Positions 55,591 through 64,000 of a stretch of DNA of 64,000 nt are shown here, piece after piece. A model generated the notes under the pieces. It did not search any database. It worked only from the letters and a program-made list of their open reading frames with translations, and was not told the origin of the DNA. This DNA is from Sedimentisphaerales bacterium (lineage in GTDB: Bacteria; Planctomycetota; Phycisphaerae; Sedimentisphaerales; SM23-30). A program made the position numbers and the translations under genes. Each line of letters starts with the position of its first letter. Position 1 is the stretch's first letter. The stretch is taken from NCBI GenBank assembly GCA_016934515.1, contig JAFGSR010000009.1, forward strand, positions 2,375 through 66,374. Direction: 5' to 3'.

Positions 55591-57339
55591 ATGAGGAAAT
55601 ATACCCAAGTGATTAAGATTGAAGTTAACAACCAAAGCATTGAAGCAAAAAAAGGCGAAACGATTTTGACGGCACTGAAACGGGCGGGTATTAAGGTACC
55701 CACGCTCTGCCACATGGAAAACCTGGCGCCGACCGGTGCCTGTCGAATGTGCGTTGTGCAGGTCGAAGGCCGACCCGGCTTGATCCCCAGTTGTGCCTAC
55801 CCGGTTGAAAACGGAATGAAAATCCAGACCCACAGCAATCGGGTCTTACGCGCCCGAAAAACCATCGTGGAATTGCTGCTCGCCGATCACCCCGACGACT
55901 GCTTGTACTGCGTCCGTAACGGCAACTGTGAATTACAGCGCCTGGCAGAAGAATTCCAGGTACAGCAACGGCGCTACACCGGAAAAAAGTGTGACTATAA
56001 AGTGGACATGTCGAGTCCGGCGATAGTACGCGACCCGGCTAAATGCATCTTGTGCGGGCGCTGCGTCCGAATGTGCGAGGAAGTCCAGGGCGTCTCCTGC
56101 ATTGATTTCGTCGGACGGGGAAGCAAAACAATTGTCGGCACCGCTTTTGACCAGGGCTTGAATGTTTCCAGCTGCGTTAACTGCGGACAGTGCATCAAAG
56201 TTTGCCCCACCGGTGCCTTGAGCGAAAAAAGCCAGGTTAAACAGGTGCTCGCCGCGCTGCGTGATCCGGAAAAAATCGTGGTCGTTCAGCACGCCCCGAG
56301 CGTCTCGGTTACGCTGGCCGAAGAATTTGGCATGAAGCCGGGGGTGGACATTTGCGGCATTATGGTTTCGGCCTTGCGCCGGATGGGTTTCGACAAGGTT
56401 TTCGACACCGCCTTTACCGCCGACCTGACCATCATGGAAGAAGCTTCCGAACTGGTACACCGGATTCAAACCGGCGGCAAGTTGCCCATGATGACCAGCT
56501 GCTCGCCAGGCTGGGTTAATTTCGTCGAAAAGTTCTACCCCGATTTGATAGATAACATTTCCTCCTGCAAAAGCCCTCAGCAGATGATGGGAGCGGTCAT
56601 CAAAAGTTATTTTGCCCAACGCGAAGGGATCGACCCAACCAACATCTACAGCGTCTCGATCATGCCCTGCACCGCCAAAAAATTCGAGGCCCAGCGACCG
56701 GAAATGAACAACAAAAATGTTTTTGATGTGGACGCCGTGCTGACCACGCGGGAACTGGCCCGGATGATTCGTTCGCACGGCCTGGATATCAACTCGTTGT
56801 CCTCCGATTTGGCCGATTCTCCTTTCGGCCAGAGAAGTTCTGCCGGAAAACTCTTTGGCGCAACCGGTGGAGTAATGGAAGCAGCTTTACGAACCGCTTA
56901 TCATCTGTTGACCGGCGAAGAATTGAAGGACTTAACCTTAAAGCCCTTACGCGGCTTGAAGGGTGTTAAACATATGCAGGTCAGCATCGCCGGTCTGGAT
57001 TTGAAAGTGGCCGTAGTCAGCGGCCTGGGTAACGCCCGTAAGTTGCTGGAAGAAATTCGCTCCGGCCGGGAAAACCTCCACTTTATCGAAGTGATGACCT
57101 GCCCGGGCGGTTGTATCGACGGCGGTGGGCAGCCCCTGGGAACCGATCTCCAGGCGGTTCGCAAACGGATGCAGGCGTTGTACAAAATCGACCGGGACGA
57201 CCATCTGCAGTGCTCCCATCATAACAAGGAGGTCCAGCGTCTCTACGAAGAATTTCTCGGCGAACCACTCAGCGAAAAAAGCCACCATTTACTGCACACC
57301 CATTATACGCAAAGAAAAGTCTCAGTTAACAGAAATTAA
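55591..57339 (+). CDS. hydA: [FeFe]-hydrogenase catalytic subunit (multi-cluster, bifurcating-type architecture)
   Basis: N-terminal [2Fe-2S] plus His-ligated and 2x[4Fe-4S] domains. H-cluster motifs L2 MPCTAKKFE and L3 EVMTCPGGCIDGGGQP. L1 is TSCSPGW (atypical). Confidence 0.92.
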   Translation: MRKYTQVIKIEVNNQSIEAKKGETILTALKRAGIKVPTLCHMENLAPTGACRMCVVQVEGRPGLIPSCAYPVENGMKIQTHSNRVLRARKTIVELLLADHPDDCLYCVRNGNCELQRLAEEFQVQQRRYTGKKCDYKVDMSSPAIVRDPAKCILCGRCVRMCEEVQGVSCIDFVGRGSKTIVGTAFDQGLNVSSCVNCGQCIKVCPTGALSEKSQVKQVLAALRDPEKIVVVQHAPSVSVTLAEEFGMKPGVDICGIMVSALRRMGFDKVFDTAFTADLTIMEEASELVHRIQTGGKLPMMTSCSPGWVNFVEKFYPDLIDNISSCKSPQQMMGAVIKSYFAQREGIDPTNIYSVSIMPCTAKKFEAQRPEMNNKNVFDVDAVLTTRELARMIRSHGLDINSLSSDLADSPFGQRSSAGKLFGATGGVMEAALRTAYHLLTGEELKDLTLKPLRGLKGVKHMQVSIAGLDLKVAVVSGLGNARKLLEEIRSGRENLHFIEVMTCPGGCIDGGGQPLGTDLQAVRKRMQALYKIDRDDHLQCSHHNKEVQRLYEEFLGEPLSEKSHHLLHTHYTQRKVSVNRN

Positions 57340-57357
57340 CTGTTTTAGAAAGTAACG

Positions 57358-59355
57358 ATGGTTATTCCACTGAATATATCATTTATCCAAACCGCTAAAG
57401 AGCGTTGTCGTGTCTGTTACACCTGCGTACGGGAATGCCCCGCTAAAGCCATCCGAATCGCAGACGGCCAGGCTGAGGTAATTCCCGAACGCTGCATCAG
57501 TTGTGGTAATTGCGTGCGGGTTTGCTCTCAGCAAGCCAAGCAGGTGGTCAGTACCATCGACCAGGTTGATAATTTGCTGGCAGGACCCGACCCGGTTGCA
57601 GCTTGTATCGCACCGACTTTCCCGGCGGATTTTCCTGATTACGATTATCGCTGCCTGGTCGGAATGATACGCCAGTTGGGTTTCAACTTGGTAAACGAGG
57701 TGGCTTTTGGCGCAGACCTCGTGGCAAAAGAATACAAAAAATTGTTCTCGGCTGAACCGAACGGAAAAAATTACATCTCCACTGCCTGCCCGGCAATCAT
57801 CGGATACGTGGAAAAATATCATCCCGACCTGGTCGATTCTTTAGTTCCAATTGTCTCACCGATGTTAGCTACCGCCCGGGCTCTGCACCTCCTGCACGGA
57901 AATCATTTGAAGGTGGTTTTCATCGGACCCTGCATTGCAAAAAAATGCGAAGCGGTAAGCGAAAACACTCTCGATGAAGTGGATGCGGTGCTGACTTTCG
58001 CAGAATTGCGACAAATGTTCGAACAAAAACACCTCGATCCGAAAAAAGTTACACCAGACGATTTCGACCCCCCACATGCCGGACTGGGTGCTTTGTTCCC
58101 CATCAGCCGCGGGTTGCTCCAGGCCGCCGACATTACCGAAGACCTGGTTGCCGGTGAAGTTGTCGCCACCGACGGCAAAACCAATTTCGTCGAAGCAATT
58201 CGCGAATTTGAAAGCGGGGCTCTGGATGCCCGTTTGCTGGAAGTCCTGGCTTGCAACGGCTGCATTATGGGAGCCGGCATGACCGACGATGCTCCCCTGT
58301 TCAGCCGACGCTCGAGGGTCAGTCGCTATGTCCGAAAACGCATGGAAAACTTCAACAAACAGCAATGGAAAAGTGACCTGAAAACTTTCAATAACCTGGA
58401 CTTGTCACGAATATTCACCAAAAACGACCAAAGAATTCCAGTGCCCTTCGAGGATGAAATCAACCTGATCATGGTCAGAATGGGCAAACACCAACCCGAG
58501 GACGAACTTAACTGCGGGGCTTGTGGATACGACACCTGCCGCGAACATGCCGTCGCAATTTTCAAAGGCCTGGCCGAAAGTGAAATGTGCCTGCCCAACA
58601 CTATCGAACAGTTACGCAGCATGATTAACCAACTCGCCAGTTCCAACGAACTGCTTGCCAATACCCAGGAAGCCCTCATGCAATCGGAAAAACTCGCCAG
58701 CATGGGACAACTCGCCGCGGGAATCGCCCACGAAGTCAACAACCCCCTCGGTGTGGTGCTCATGTACGCCCATATGCTCCTGGAACAGTTTGAGGAAAAA
58801 CCGGAATTAAGCGAAGATCTGCGGATGATTACCGAACAGGCGGACCGCTGCAAAAAAATCGTCTCCGGCCTGCTCCACTTCGCACGACAAAATAAAGTTC
58901 AGCTAAAGCCCACCGACATTTGCGACCTCGTCAACCGGATCATCAAGGTTAATCCGCCTCCCGATGGAATCGAAGTGCATCAGGATATCCAGATCGATGA
59001 CCCCGTAGTGAAAATCGATCCCGATCAGATTATTCAGGTAATTACCAATCTGGTGAAAAACGCCTTTTCCGCCATGGACAGCCGGGGAAATTTAACCCTG
59101 CGAATTACCGGTGACGACAACAACATCAAAATTTCGGTTATCGACACCGGTTCGGGAATCCCCAGGGAAAACATCCCGAAACTGTTTGAACCATTCTTCA
59201 CCACCAAAAAAATCGGCAAAGGCACCGGCCTGGGATTGGCCGTAACCTATGGAATTATTAAAATGCACCAGGGAAATATTACCGTCGAATCCAACGACGA
59301 TCCCACAACGGGACCGACCGGTTCAACTTTCACGGTACAACTGCCCCGAATATAA
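57358..59355 (+). CDS. Hydrogenase-like (HydS-type) sensory domain fused to a histidine kinase
   Basis: 2x[4Fe-4S] ferredoxin motifs. H-domain with STACP / GPCIAKKCE / [12 protein letters not shown] Cx2Cx4Cx16C motif. HisKA H-box (IAHEVNNPL) and HATPase_c (DTGSGIP...GKGTGLGL). Confidence 0.88.
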   Translation: MVIPLNISFIQTAKERCRVCYTCVRECPAKAIRIADGQAEVIPERCISCGNCVRVCSQQAKQVVSTIDQVDNLLAGPDPVAACIAPTFPADFPDYDYRCLVGMIRQLGFNLVNEVAFGADLVAKEYKKLFSAEPNGKNYISTACPAIIGYVEKYHPDLVDSLVPIVSPMLATARALHLLHGNHLKVVFIGPCIAKKCEAVSENTLDEVDAVLTFAELRQMFEQKHLDPKKVTPDDFDPPHAGLGALFPISRGLLQAADITEDLVAGEVVATDGKTNFVEAIREFESGALDARLLEVLACNGCIMGAGMTDDAPLFSRRSRVSRYVRKRMENFNKQQWKSDLKTFNNLDLSRIFTKNDQRIPVPFEDEINLIMVRMGKHQPEDELNCGACGYDTCREHAVAIFKGLAESEMCLPNTIEQLRSMINQLASSNELLANTQEALMQSEKLASMGQLAAGIAHEVNNPLGVVLMYAHMLLEQFEEKPELSEDLRMITEQADRCKKIVSGLLHFARQNKVQLKPTDICDLVNRIIKVNPPPDGIEVHQDIQIDDPVVKIDPDQIIQVITNLVKNAFSAMDSRGNLTLRITGDDNNIKISVIDTGSGIPRENIPKLFEPFFTTKKIGKGTGLGLAVTYGIIKMHQGNITVESNDDPTTGPTGSTFTVQLPRI

Positions 59356-59421
59356 TGTTGAATAACCCGAACAAAATTGTCCGAAAGTGATGAAAATTTA
59401 ACTTCAGTAACCAGGCAAAAA

Positions 59422-59823
59422 ATGACTATGGAAAAAACAAAGACAACCGTTTTAATAGTGGACGATGATTTCGACTTCCGCAACCAAATGGAAATTCAAC
59501 TCAAAGCAGCCGGTTATCAGGTCGTTACCGCCCAAGGCCAGGCCGACGCCGAGAAAAAACTCAAAGACCTCTGCCCGGACATAGCGGTAATCGATCTCAT
59601 GATGGAAAACACCGACGGCGGCTTTGCCCTCTGCTACCACATCAAAAAACTTTATCCCTCGGTCCCCGTCATTATCGTTACCGCCGTAACCAGCGAAACC
59701 GGCTACGAATTCGACGCCTCTACCGCCGAAGAAAAATCATGGATCAAAGCCGACCGCATGCTTACCAAACCGGTTCGCTTTGAACAATTAGATGGCGAAA
59801 TCCAAAAACTCCTAAACAGGTAA
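59422..59823 (+). CDS. Stand-alone response-regulator receiver protein
   Basis: CheY-like: VLIVDDD, acceptor Asp in AVIDLMM, and LTKP. No output domain. I prefer the ATG at 59422 over 59377. Confidence 0.85.
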   Translation: MTMEKTKTTVLIVDDDFDFRNQMEIQLKAAGYQVVTAQGQADAEKKLKDLCPDIAVIDLMMENTDGGFALCYHIKKLYPSVPVIIVTAVTSETGYEFDASTAEEKSWIKADRMLTKPVRFEQLDGEIQKLLNR

Positions 59824-59828
59824 ATAAA

Positions 59829-61040
59829 ATGGAAACCTTACGTGTTCTTGTCGTCGATGATGAACCCGGAATGCTCAGCAGTATCCAAAGAGTGTTACGC
59901 AACACCCGTATTGATCTTGCCGACCTCGAAACCCAGGTCAACTTTGACGTTCAAACCTCCGACACCGGCGAAAAAGCCTTGGAAATCATCAGCAATTCAC
60001 CGCCGGACATCTTGCTGCTGGATCATCAGTTACCCGGCATGTCCGGCCTGGATGTGCTCGACAACATCGCCGACCAGAAGGAAAATATCCTGACCGTGAT
60101 GATCACCGCTTACGCTTCTCTGGAAACCGCAGTCGTCGCCATTAAACGCGGCGCTTATGATTTCCTGGCCAAGCCCTTCACCCCCGGCGAACTCAAAGCT
60201 ACCATTCGCAAAACCGCAAAAAGCCTCATTGTCACCCGGCACGCAAGAAAACTGGCCCGCGAAAAACGACAGGTCCGCTTTCAGTTCATCTCGGTACTGG
60301 CCCATGAGTTGAAATCTCCCATAGCCGCCCTCGAAGGCTACCTCAACATCATCAAGGACAAAACCGCCGGCGACGACCCTGCCGTTTACGAAAAAATGCT
60401 GGACCGCTGCTCAATACGTCTGGACGGCATGCGCAAGTTGATCTTCGATTTGCTCGATCTTACCCGCATCGAGTCCGGACAGAAAAAACGTGAACTCAAC
60501 ATTGTCGATCTCCGCGAAATCGCTCAACGTTCTATCGAATCTGTGCTGCCCCAGGCTGATTCTCGCAGCATCACCATCAACCTGCTTGCCGACGAAAAAC
60601 TAAACATGACCGCCGACCCCGGTGAAATTGAAATCATCTTAAACAACCTCATCTCTAACGCCGTTAAGTACAACCGCGACAACGGCCGCGTTAACATCGT
60701 CATGACCGCCCGCAACGGTAAAGTAAATATTTCCGTCTCCGATACCGGAATCGGCATGTCCCAGCAGGAAACCGACCGACTGTTCAACGATTTCGTACGC
60801 ATCAAAAACGCCAAAACCCGAAACATCCTGGGCAGCGGTCTCGGACTGTCCATTATGAAGAAACTCGTTAATCTTTATGAGGGCGAAATTTCCGTCCAAA
60901 GCACCCCGGACGCAGGAACCACCTTCACCGCAGTACTCAACCAACACATTCAACAGCCCCAGGAAAACGCAGTACTCACACAACACACTCAACAGCCCCA
61001 GGAAAACGATGAACACCCAACAAATCATCAAGTGGCTTAA
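59829..61040 (+). CDS. Hybrid receiver-histidine kinase (REC-HisKA-HATPase_c)
   Basis: REC (VLVVDDE...LLLDHQLPGMSG...AKPF), H-box (LAHELKSPI), N/G boxes (NLISNAVKYN, DTGIGM, GSGLGLS). The C-terminal tail is encoded by a 39-bp tandem duplication. Confidence 0.88.
   Translation: METLRVLVVDDEPGMLSSIQRVLRNTRIDLADLETQVNFDVQTSDTGEKALEIISNSPPDILLLDHQLPGMSGLDVLDNIADQKENILTVMITAYASLETAVVAIKRGAYDFLAKPFTPGELKATIRKTAKSLIVTRHARKLAREKRQVRFQFISVLAHELKSPIAALEGYLNIIKDKTAGDDPAVYEKMLDRCSIRLDGMRKLIFDLLDLTRIESGQKKRELNIVDLREIAQRSIESVLPQADSRSITINLLADEKLNMTADPGEIEIILNNLISNAVKYNRDNGRVNIVMTARNGKVNISVSDTGIGMSQQETDRLFNDFVRIKNAKTRNILGSGLGLSIMKKLVNLYEGEISVQSTPDAGTTFTAVLNQHIQQPQENAVLTQHTQQPQENDEHPTNHQVA
60930..61007 (+). 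repeat. 39-bp tandem duplication (2 copies)
   Basis: gcagtactcaaccaacacattcaacagccccaggaaaac / gcagtactcacacaacacactcaacagccccaggaaaac, matching at 36 of 39 positions by hand alignment. Confidence 0.85.
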
Positions 61041-62145
61041 AGAACAGGACTCCCACAAGCTCGATCAGCTTTGGCAGCAGGCCGACCGGTCCCGCTACGA
61101 ACACGTCGGCAACCAGGTGCACCTGCGCGGCCTCATCGAAATTTCCAACCATTGCTCACGACAGTGTCAATATTGCGGCATCCAGGCCGGCAACCGGTCC
61201 CTCCAACGCTACCGCATGACCATGGATGAAATTCTTACCTGCGCTCTTCAGGCCCAGGAGCTAGGCTACGGCACCGTCGTCCTCCAGGCCGGCGAAGATT
61301 TCGGCCTGACCACCGAATGGATAACCAAACTAATCTACAAAATAAAAACGAAAACCGCTTTGGCAATCACCCTTAGCCTGGGTGAAAGAAATGACTCCGA
61401 ACTTCGCAAATGGCAACAAGCCGGGGCCGACCGCTACCTTTTACGCTTCGAAACTTCCGACAGCGAACTTTTCCACCGCATTCACCCCGGACACGCAAAT
61501 AAAATATCCGATCGTTTCGCAATCCTCGAAACTCTTAACCAATTGGGATACGAAACCGGCAGCGGCGTAATGATCGGCATCCCCGGCCAAACTTACGATT
61601 CCCTGGCAAACGACCTCCTTCAGTTTCAAAAAATCAACCTCGACATGATCGGCGTCGGACCTTTCATCCCCCACCCAGCTAGCCCGCTCGGAAAACAGCA
61701 TGCTAACCTCAACGAAAAAAACAACCCTGATCCCAATCAGGTACCCAACACTGAGCTGATGACCTACAAAGTCGTCGCTCTGACTCGGCTCCTTTGCCCA
61801 CAAACCAACATCCCCAGCACCACCGCACTTGCCAGCCTCAACCAAAACAACGGACGCGAACTGGGGTTGCAACGCGGAGCTAACGTAGTAATGCCCAACC
61901 TGACTCCGCTTCAGTATCGAAAATTATACGAAATTTATCCCGCCAAAGCGTGCCTGCAGGAAAAACCCGACGATTTCCACAAACACTTGATTAACCGCAT
62001 CACCGAACTGGGCAGAACGATTGGACTGGGACGCGGAGATTCTCCCCATTTCAAAGCAAAAAAAAAGGACAATGTGACTCGCTTCACATTAAGGCGAAAA
62101 ACACCAACACCAAAAATTATGCAAAGGCAGGTACGCCGTGACTAA
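61009..62145 (+). CDS. hydE: [FeFe]-hydrogenase maturase HydE (radical SAM)
   Basis: CSRQCQYC radical-SAM motif about 60 aa from MNTQQII. Biotin-synthase-like fold length. Located next to hydG and hydF. The ATG at 61009 is preceded by AGGAAAA. Confidence 0.85.
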   Translation: MNTQQIIKWLKEQDSHKLDQLWQQADRSRYEHVGNQVHLRGLIEISNHCSRQCQYCGIQAGNRSLQRYRMTMDEILTCALQAQELGYGTVVLQAGEDFGLTTEWITKLIYKIKTKTALAITLSLGERNDSELRKWQQAGADRYLLRFETSDSELFHRIHPGHANKISDRFAILETLNQLGYETGSGVMIGIPGQTYDSLANDLLQFQKINLDMIGVGPFIPHPASPLGKQHANLNEKNNPDPNQVPNTELMTYKVVALTRLLCPQTNIPSTTALASLNQNNGRELGLQRGANVVMPNLTPLQYRKLYEIYPAKACLQEKPDDFHKHLINRITELGRTIGLGRGDSPHFKAKKKDNVTRFTLRRKTPTPKIMQRQVRRD

Positions 62146-63562
62146 ATTGGCAACCATGACATTAAGTGAAAATTGTAAAGATTTCATCGACGATGATTTT
62201 CTTAACAAATTGCTCACCGGCCCCCAACCCTCCCCCTCCCGCATACAGGAAATCATCAGCAAAAGCCTCGCCAAAGAAGCGCTAACCGTCGAAGAAACCG
62301 CCCAGTTGCTCCGCGCCGATGACCCCGAATCCGTCGAAAGCATCTTCGCCGCCGCTCGACAACTGAAAACCCAGGTTTATGGCAACCGAATCGTCCTCTT
62401 CGCCCCGCTTTACATCGGCAATGCCTGCGTTAACAACTGCCTCTATTGTGCATTCCGCTCCAGCAACCAACAAGCCGTTCGAAGAACCCTCACCACCACC
62501 GAAATCCGACAGCAGGTCGAAGCCCTCGAAAACGTCGGCCACAAACGCTTGATTCTCGTCTTCGGCGAACACCCAAAATACAACGCCGATTACATCGCCG
62601 ATTGCGTCCGCGAAGTTTATGACACCCGCGTCGGCCACGGCGAAATCCGACGCGTAAACATCAACGCCGCCCCCATGGACCACCAAGGCTACAAAAAAAT
62701 CAAAGCCGCCGGCATCGGCACCTACCAGATCTTCCAGGAAACCTACCATCACCAAACTTACGCCAAAGTCCATCCCTCCGCCACCCGCAAGGGAGATTAC
62801 CTTTATCGACTCGACGGACTGAGCCGGGCTTTCGAAGCCGGCTGCGATGACGTCGGAATCGGCGCACTCTTTGGACTTTACGATTGGCGCTTTGAAGTGC
62901 TCGGCCTGGTCAGCCACGCCTTGCATTTGCAGCAGCGCTACGGTGTCGGCCCCCACACCATCAGCTTCCCCCGGCTCCAACCGGCCAGCGGCGTTGACCT
63001 GGACGAAAAATTTCTGGTTAACGATCACAACTTCAAACGCCTCGTTGCCATACTACGCCTGGCCGTCCCCTACACCGGCTTGATTCTCACCGCCCGCGAA
63101 AATCCCGAACTACGCCGCGAAGTCATGGCTTTCGGCGTCTCACAAATCGACGCTGGCAGCCGCATCGAAATCGGCGGTTACACCGAAGCCGGTGACGCCC
63201 AGGTAATGGAACGCGAACAGTTCTGCCTGGGTGACATCCGTTCGCTCGATGAAGTAATCTGCGAATTACTCCAGGACGGCTACCTCCCCAGCTTCTGCAC
63301 CGCCTGCTATCGACTCGGACGCACCGGCGAACACTTCATGGAATTCGCCATCCCTGGTTTCATCAAACGCTATTGCACTCCCAACGCCCTCACCACCGTC
63401 ACCGAATACCTCACCGATTACGCCTCCCCAAAAACCCGCGCCGCCGGAAAAAAACTAATCCAAAAAGAACTGGACAACCTCGAAAACAACCCACAAAAAA
63501 ATGAACTACTCAAAAGACTACAACGAATTAAACAAACCAACGACCGCGACCTGTACTTCTAA
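62138..63562 (+). CDS. hydG: [FeFe]-hydrogenase maturase HydG (radical SAM tyrosine lyase)
   Basis: CVNNCLYCAF radical-SAM motif and a C-terminal Cys cluster (SFCTACYR). About 470 aa. Alternative ATG at 62156. Confidence 0.88.
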   Translation: MTKLATMTLSENCKDFIDDDFLNKLLTGPQPSPSRIQEIISKSLAKEALTVEETAQLLRADDPESVESIFAAARQLKTQVYGNRIVLFAPLYIGNACVNNCLYCAFRSSNQQAVRRTLTTTEIRQQVEALENVGHKRLILVFGEHPKYNADYIADCVREVYDTRVGHGEIRRVNINAAPMDHQGYKKIKAAGIGTYQIFQETYHHQTYAKVHPSATRKGDYLYRLDGLSRAFEAGCDDVGIGALFGLYDWRFEVLGLVSHALHLQQRYGVGPHTISFPRLQPASGVDLDEKFLVNDHNFKRLVAILRLAVPYTGLILTARENPELRREVMAFGVSQIDAGSRIEIGGYTEAGDAQVMEREQFCLGDIRSLDEVICELLQDGYLPSFCTACYRLGRTGEHFMEFAIPGFIKRYCTPNALTTVTEYLTDYASPKTRAAGKKLIQKELDNLENNPQKNELLKRLQRIKQTNDRDLYF

Positions 63563-63660
63563 CAAATAGGTTTTGAATTTATAAATTTGGAAAATTTGAA
63601 TTTGTTTAGGATTTCGGATTTAGTGCTTAGGATTTCCAGTACCTGGCTAAGGAATTAAAA

Positions 63661-64000
63661 ATGCAGAAGGTTCACAAAGGCCTAAGGTTACACATCGGCA
63701 TCTTCGGCAGACGCAACGTCGGCAAAAGTTCACTGCTCAACGCTCTTACTCGCCAGGCAGTTTCGATTGTCTCCGAAGTCGCCGGCACCACCACCGACCC
63801 CGTCGAAAAGCCCATGGAAATGCTCCCCGTCGGCCCGGTCCTCTTCATCGACACCGCCGGCATAGACGATGTCGGCGCTCTGGGCCGCGAAAGAGTCCAG
63901 AAATCCCGAAAGATCATCGAACGAACCGACGTCGGCCTGATCATAGCCACCGGAGACGACTGGAGCGATTTCGAAAAAGACCTGCTCACCCAGTTCCAAC
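63661..64000 (+). CDS. hydF: [FeFe]-hydrogenase maturation GTPase HydF, 3'-truncated at window edge
   Basis: My own translation from the ATG at 63661: MQKVHKGLRLHIGIFGRRNVGKSSLLNALT...VAGTTTDPV...FIDTAGIDD, showing the G1/G2/G3 GTPase motifs. This ORF is not in the track because it is open-ended. Confidence 0.8.
   Translation, partial: MQKVHKGLRLHIGIFGRRNVGKSSLLNALTRQAVSIVSEVAGTTTDPVEKPMEMLPVGPVLFIDTAGIDDVGALGRERVQKSRKIIERTDVGLIIATGDDWSDFEKDLLTQFQ

Noticed and set aside
55933-56778. 281-aa minus-strand ORF opposite hydA
   Set aside because: It is an antisense shadow. hydA carries its full complement of Fe-S and H-cluster motifs.
60877-61008. Upstream 44-codon extension of the hydE ORF
   Set aside because: The extension is an out-of-frame reading of the kinase tail and the 39-bp duplication (repeated NSPRKT). 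The conserved HydE N-terminus begins at the ATG at 61009, which has an RBS-like AGGAAAA upstream.
62282-63028. 248-aa minus-strand ORF opposite hydG
   Set aside because: It is a G/A/V/D-rich antisense shadow. hydG is confidently identified.
1-64000. Search for tRNA, rRNA, CRISPR arrays, integrases or transposases
   Set aside because: I saw no cloverleaf-like, rRNA-like or regularly spaced repeat structures in the intergenic regions, and no recombinase-like ORF. A tRNAscan/Infernal run is needed to exclude small RNAs.

Overview
A gene-dense, roughly 50% GC bacterial chromosomal window with 49 supported CDS. I recognised no rRNA, tRNA, CRISPR array, transposase or integrase. The gene content suggests an anaerobic, fermentative, PVC-type bacterium (Planctomycetota/Phycisphaerae-like); this is inference only.

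Gene order, left to right:
- ileS (5'-truncated), a HepT/MntA toxin-antitoxin pair, purN, nadA, an HExxH lipoprotein, a His-rich membrane protein, mtnP, a GNAT acetyltransferase and a coiled-coil membrane protein.
- An Fe(III)-type ABC binding protein, plus a double permease fused to an NHL beta-propeller.
- A Bat/MoxR-type cluster: a giant VWA/GATase-like protein, MoxR, DUF58, a BatA-like protein and a 746-aa membrane protein.
- The Bat/MoxR cluster is translationally coupled to one ABC ATPase, which is followed by four tandem, internally duplicated ABC-2 permease paralogs.
- A minus-strand block: PBP2, a CvpA-like protein, a membrane-anchored GspE/PilB homolog with degenerate ATPase motifs, pilT, hisF, ppdK, several hypotheticals and a four-subunit 2-oxoacid:ferredoxin oxidoreductase.
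- A hydrogen-metabolism locus: rex, the NuoE-like, NuoF-like and HydA subunits of a bifurcating-type [FeFe]-hydrogenase, a hydrogenase-like sensor fused to a histidine kinase, two receiver proteins, and hydE, hydG and hydF (3'-truncated).

Most notable observations:
- The putative H2-sensing phosphorelay.
- The one-ATPase/four-permease array.
- The GspE-like pseudo-ATPase module.
- The permease-NHL fusion.
- A sharp plus-strand GC-skew inversion near 16-17 kb.
- An atypical TSCSPGW H-cluster motif in HydA.
- Several families of short intergenic repeat elements.

The strong strand skew generates many long spurious antisense ORFs in the supplied track.
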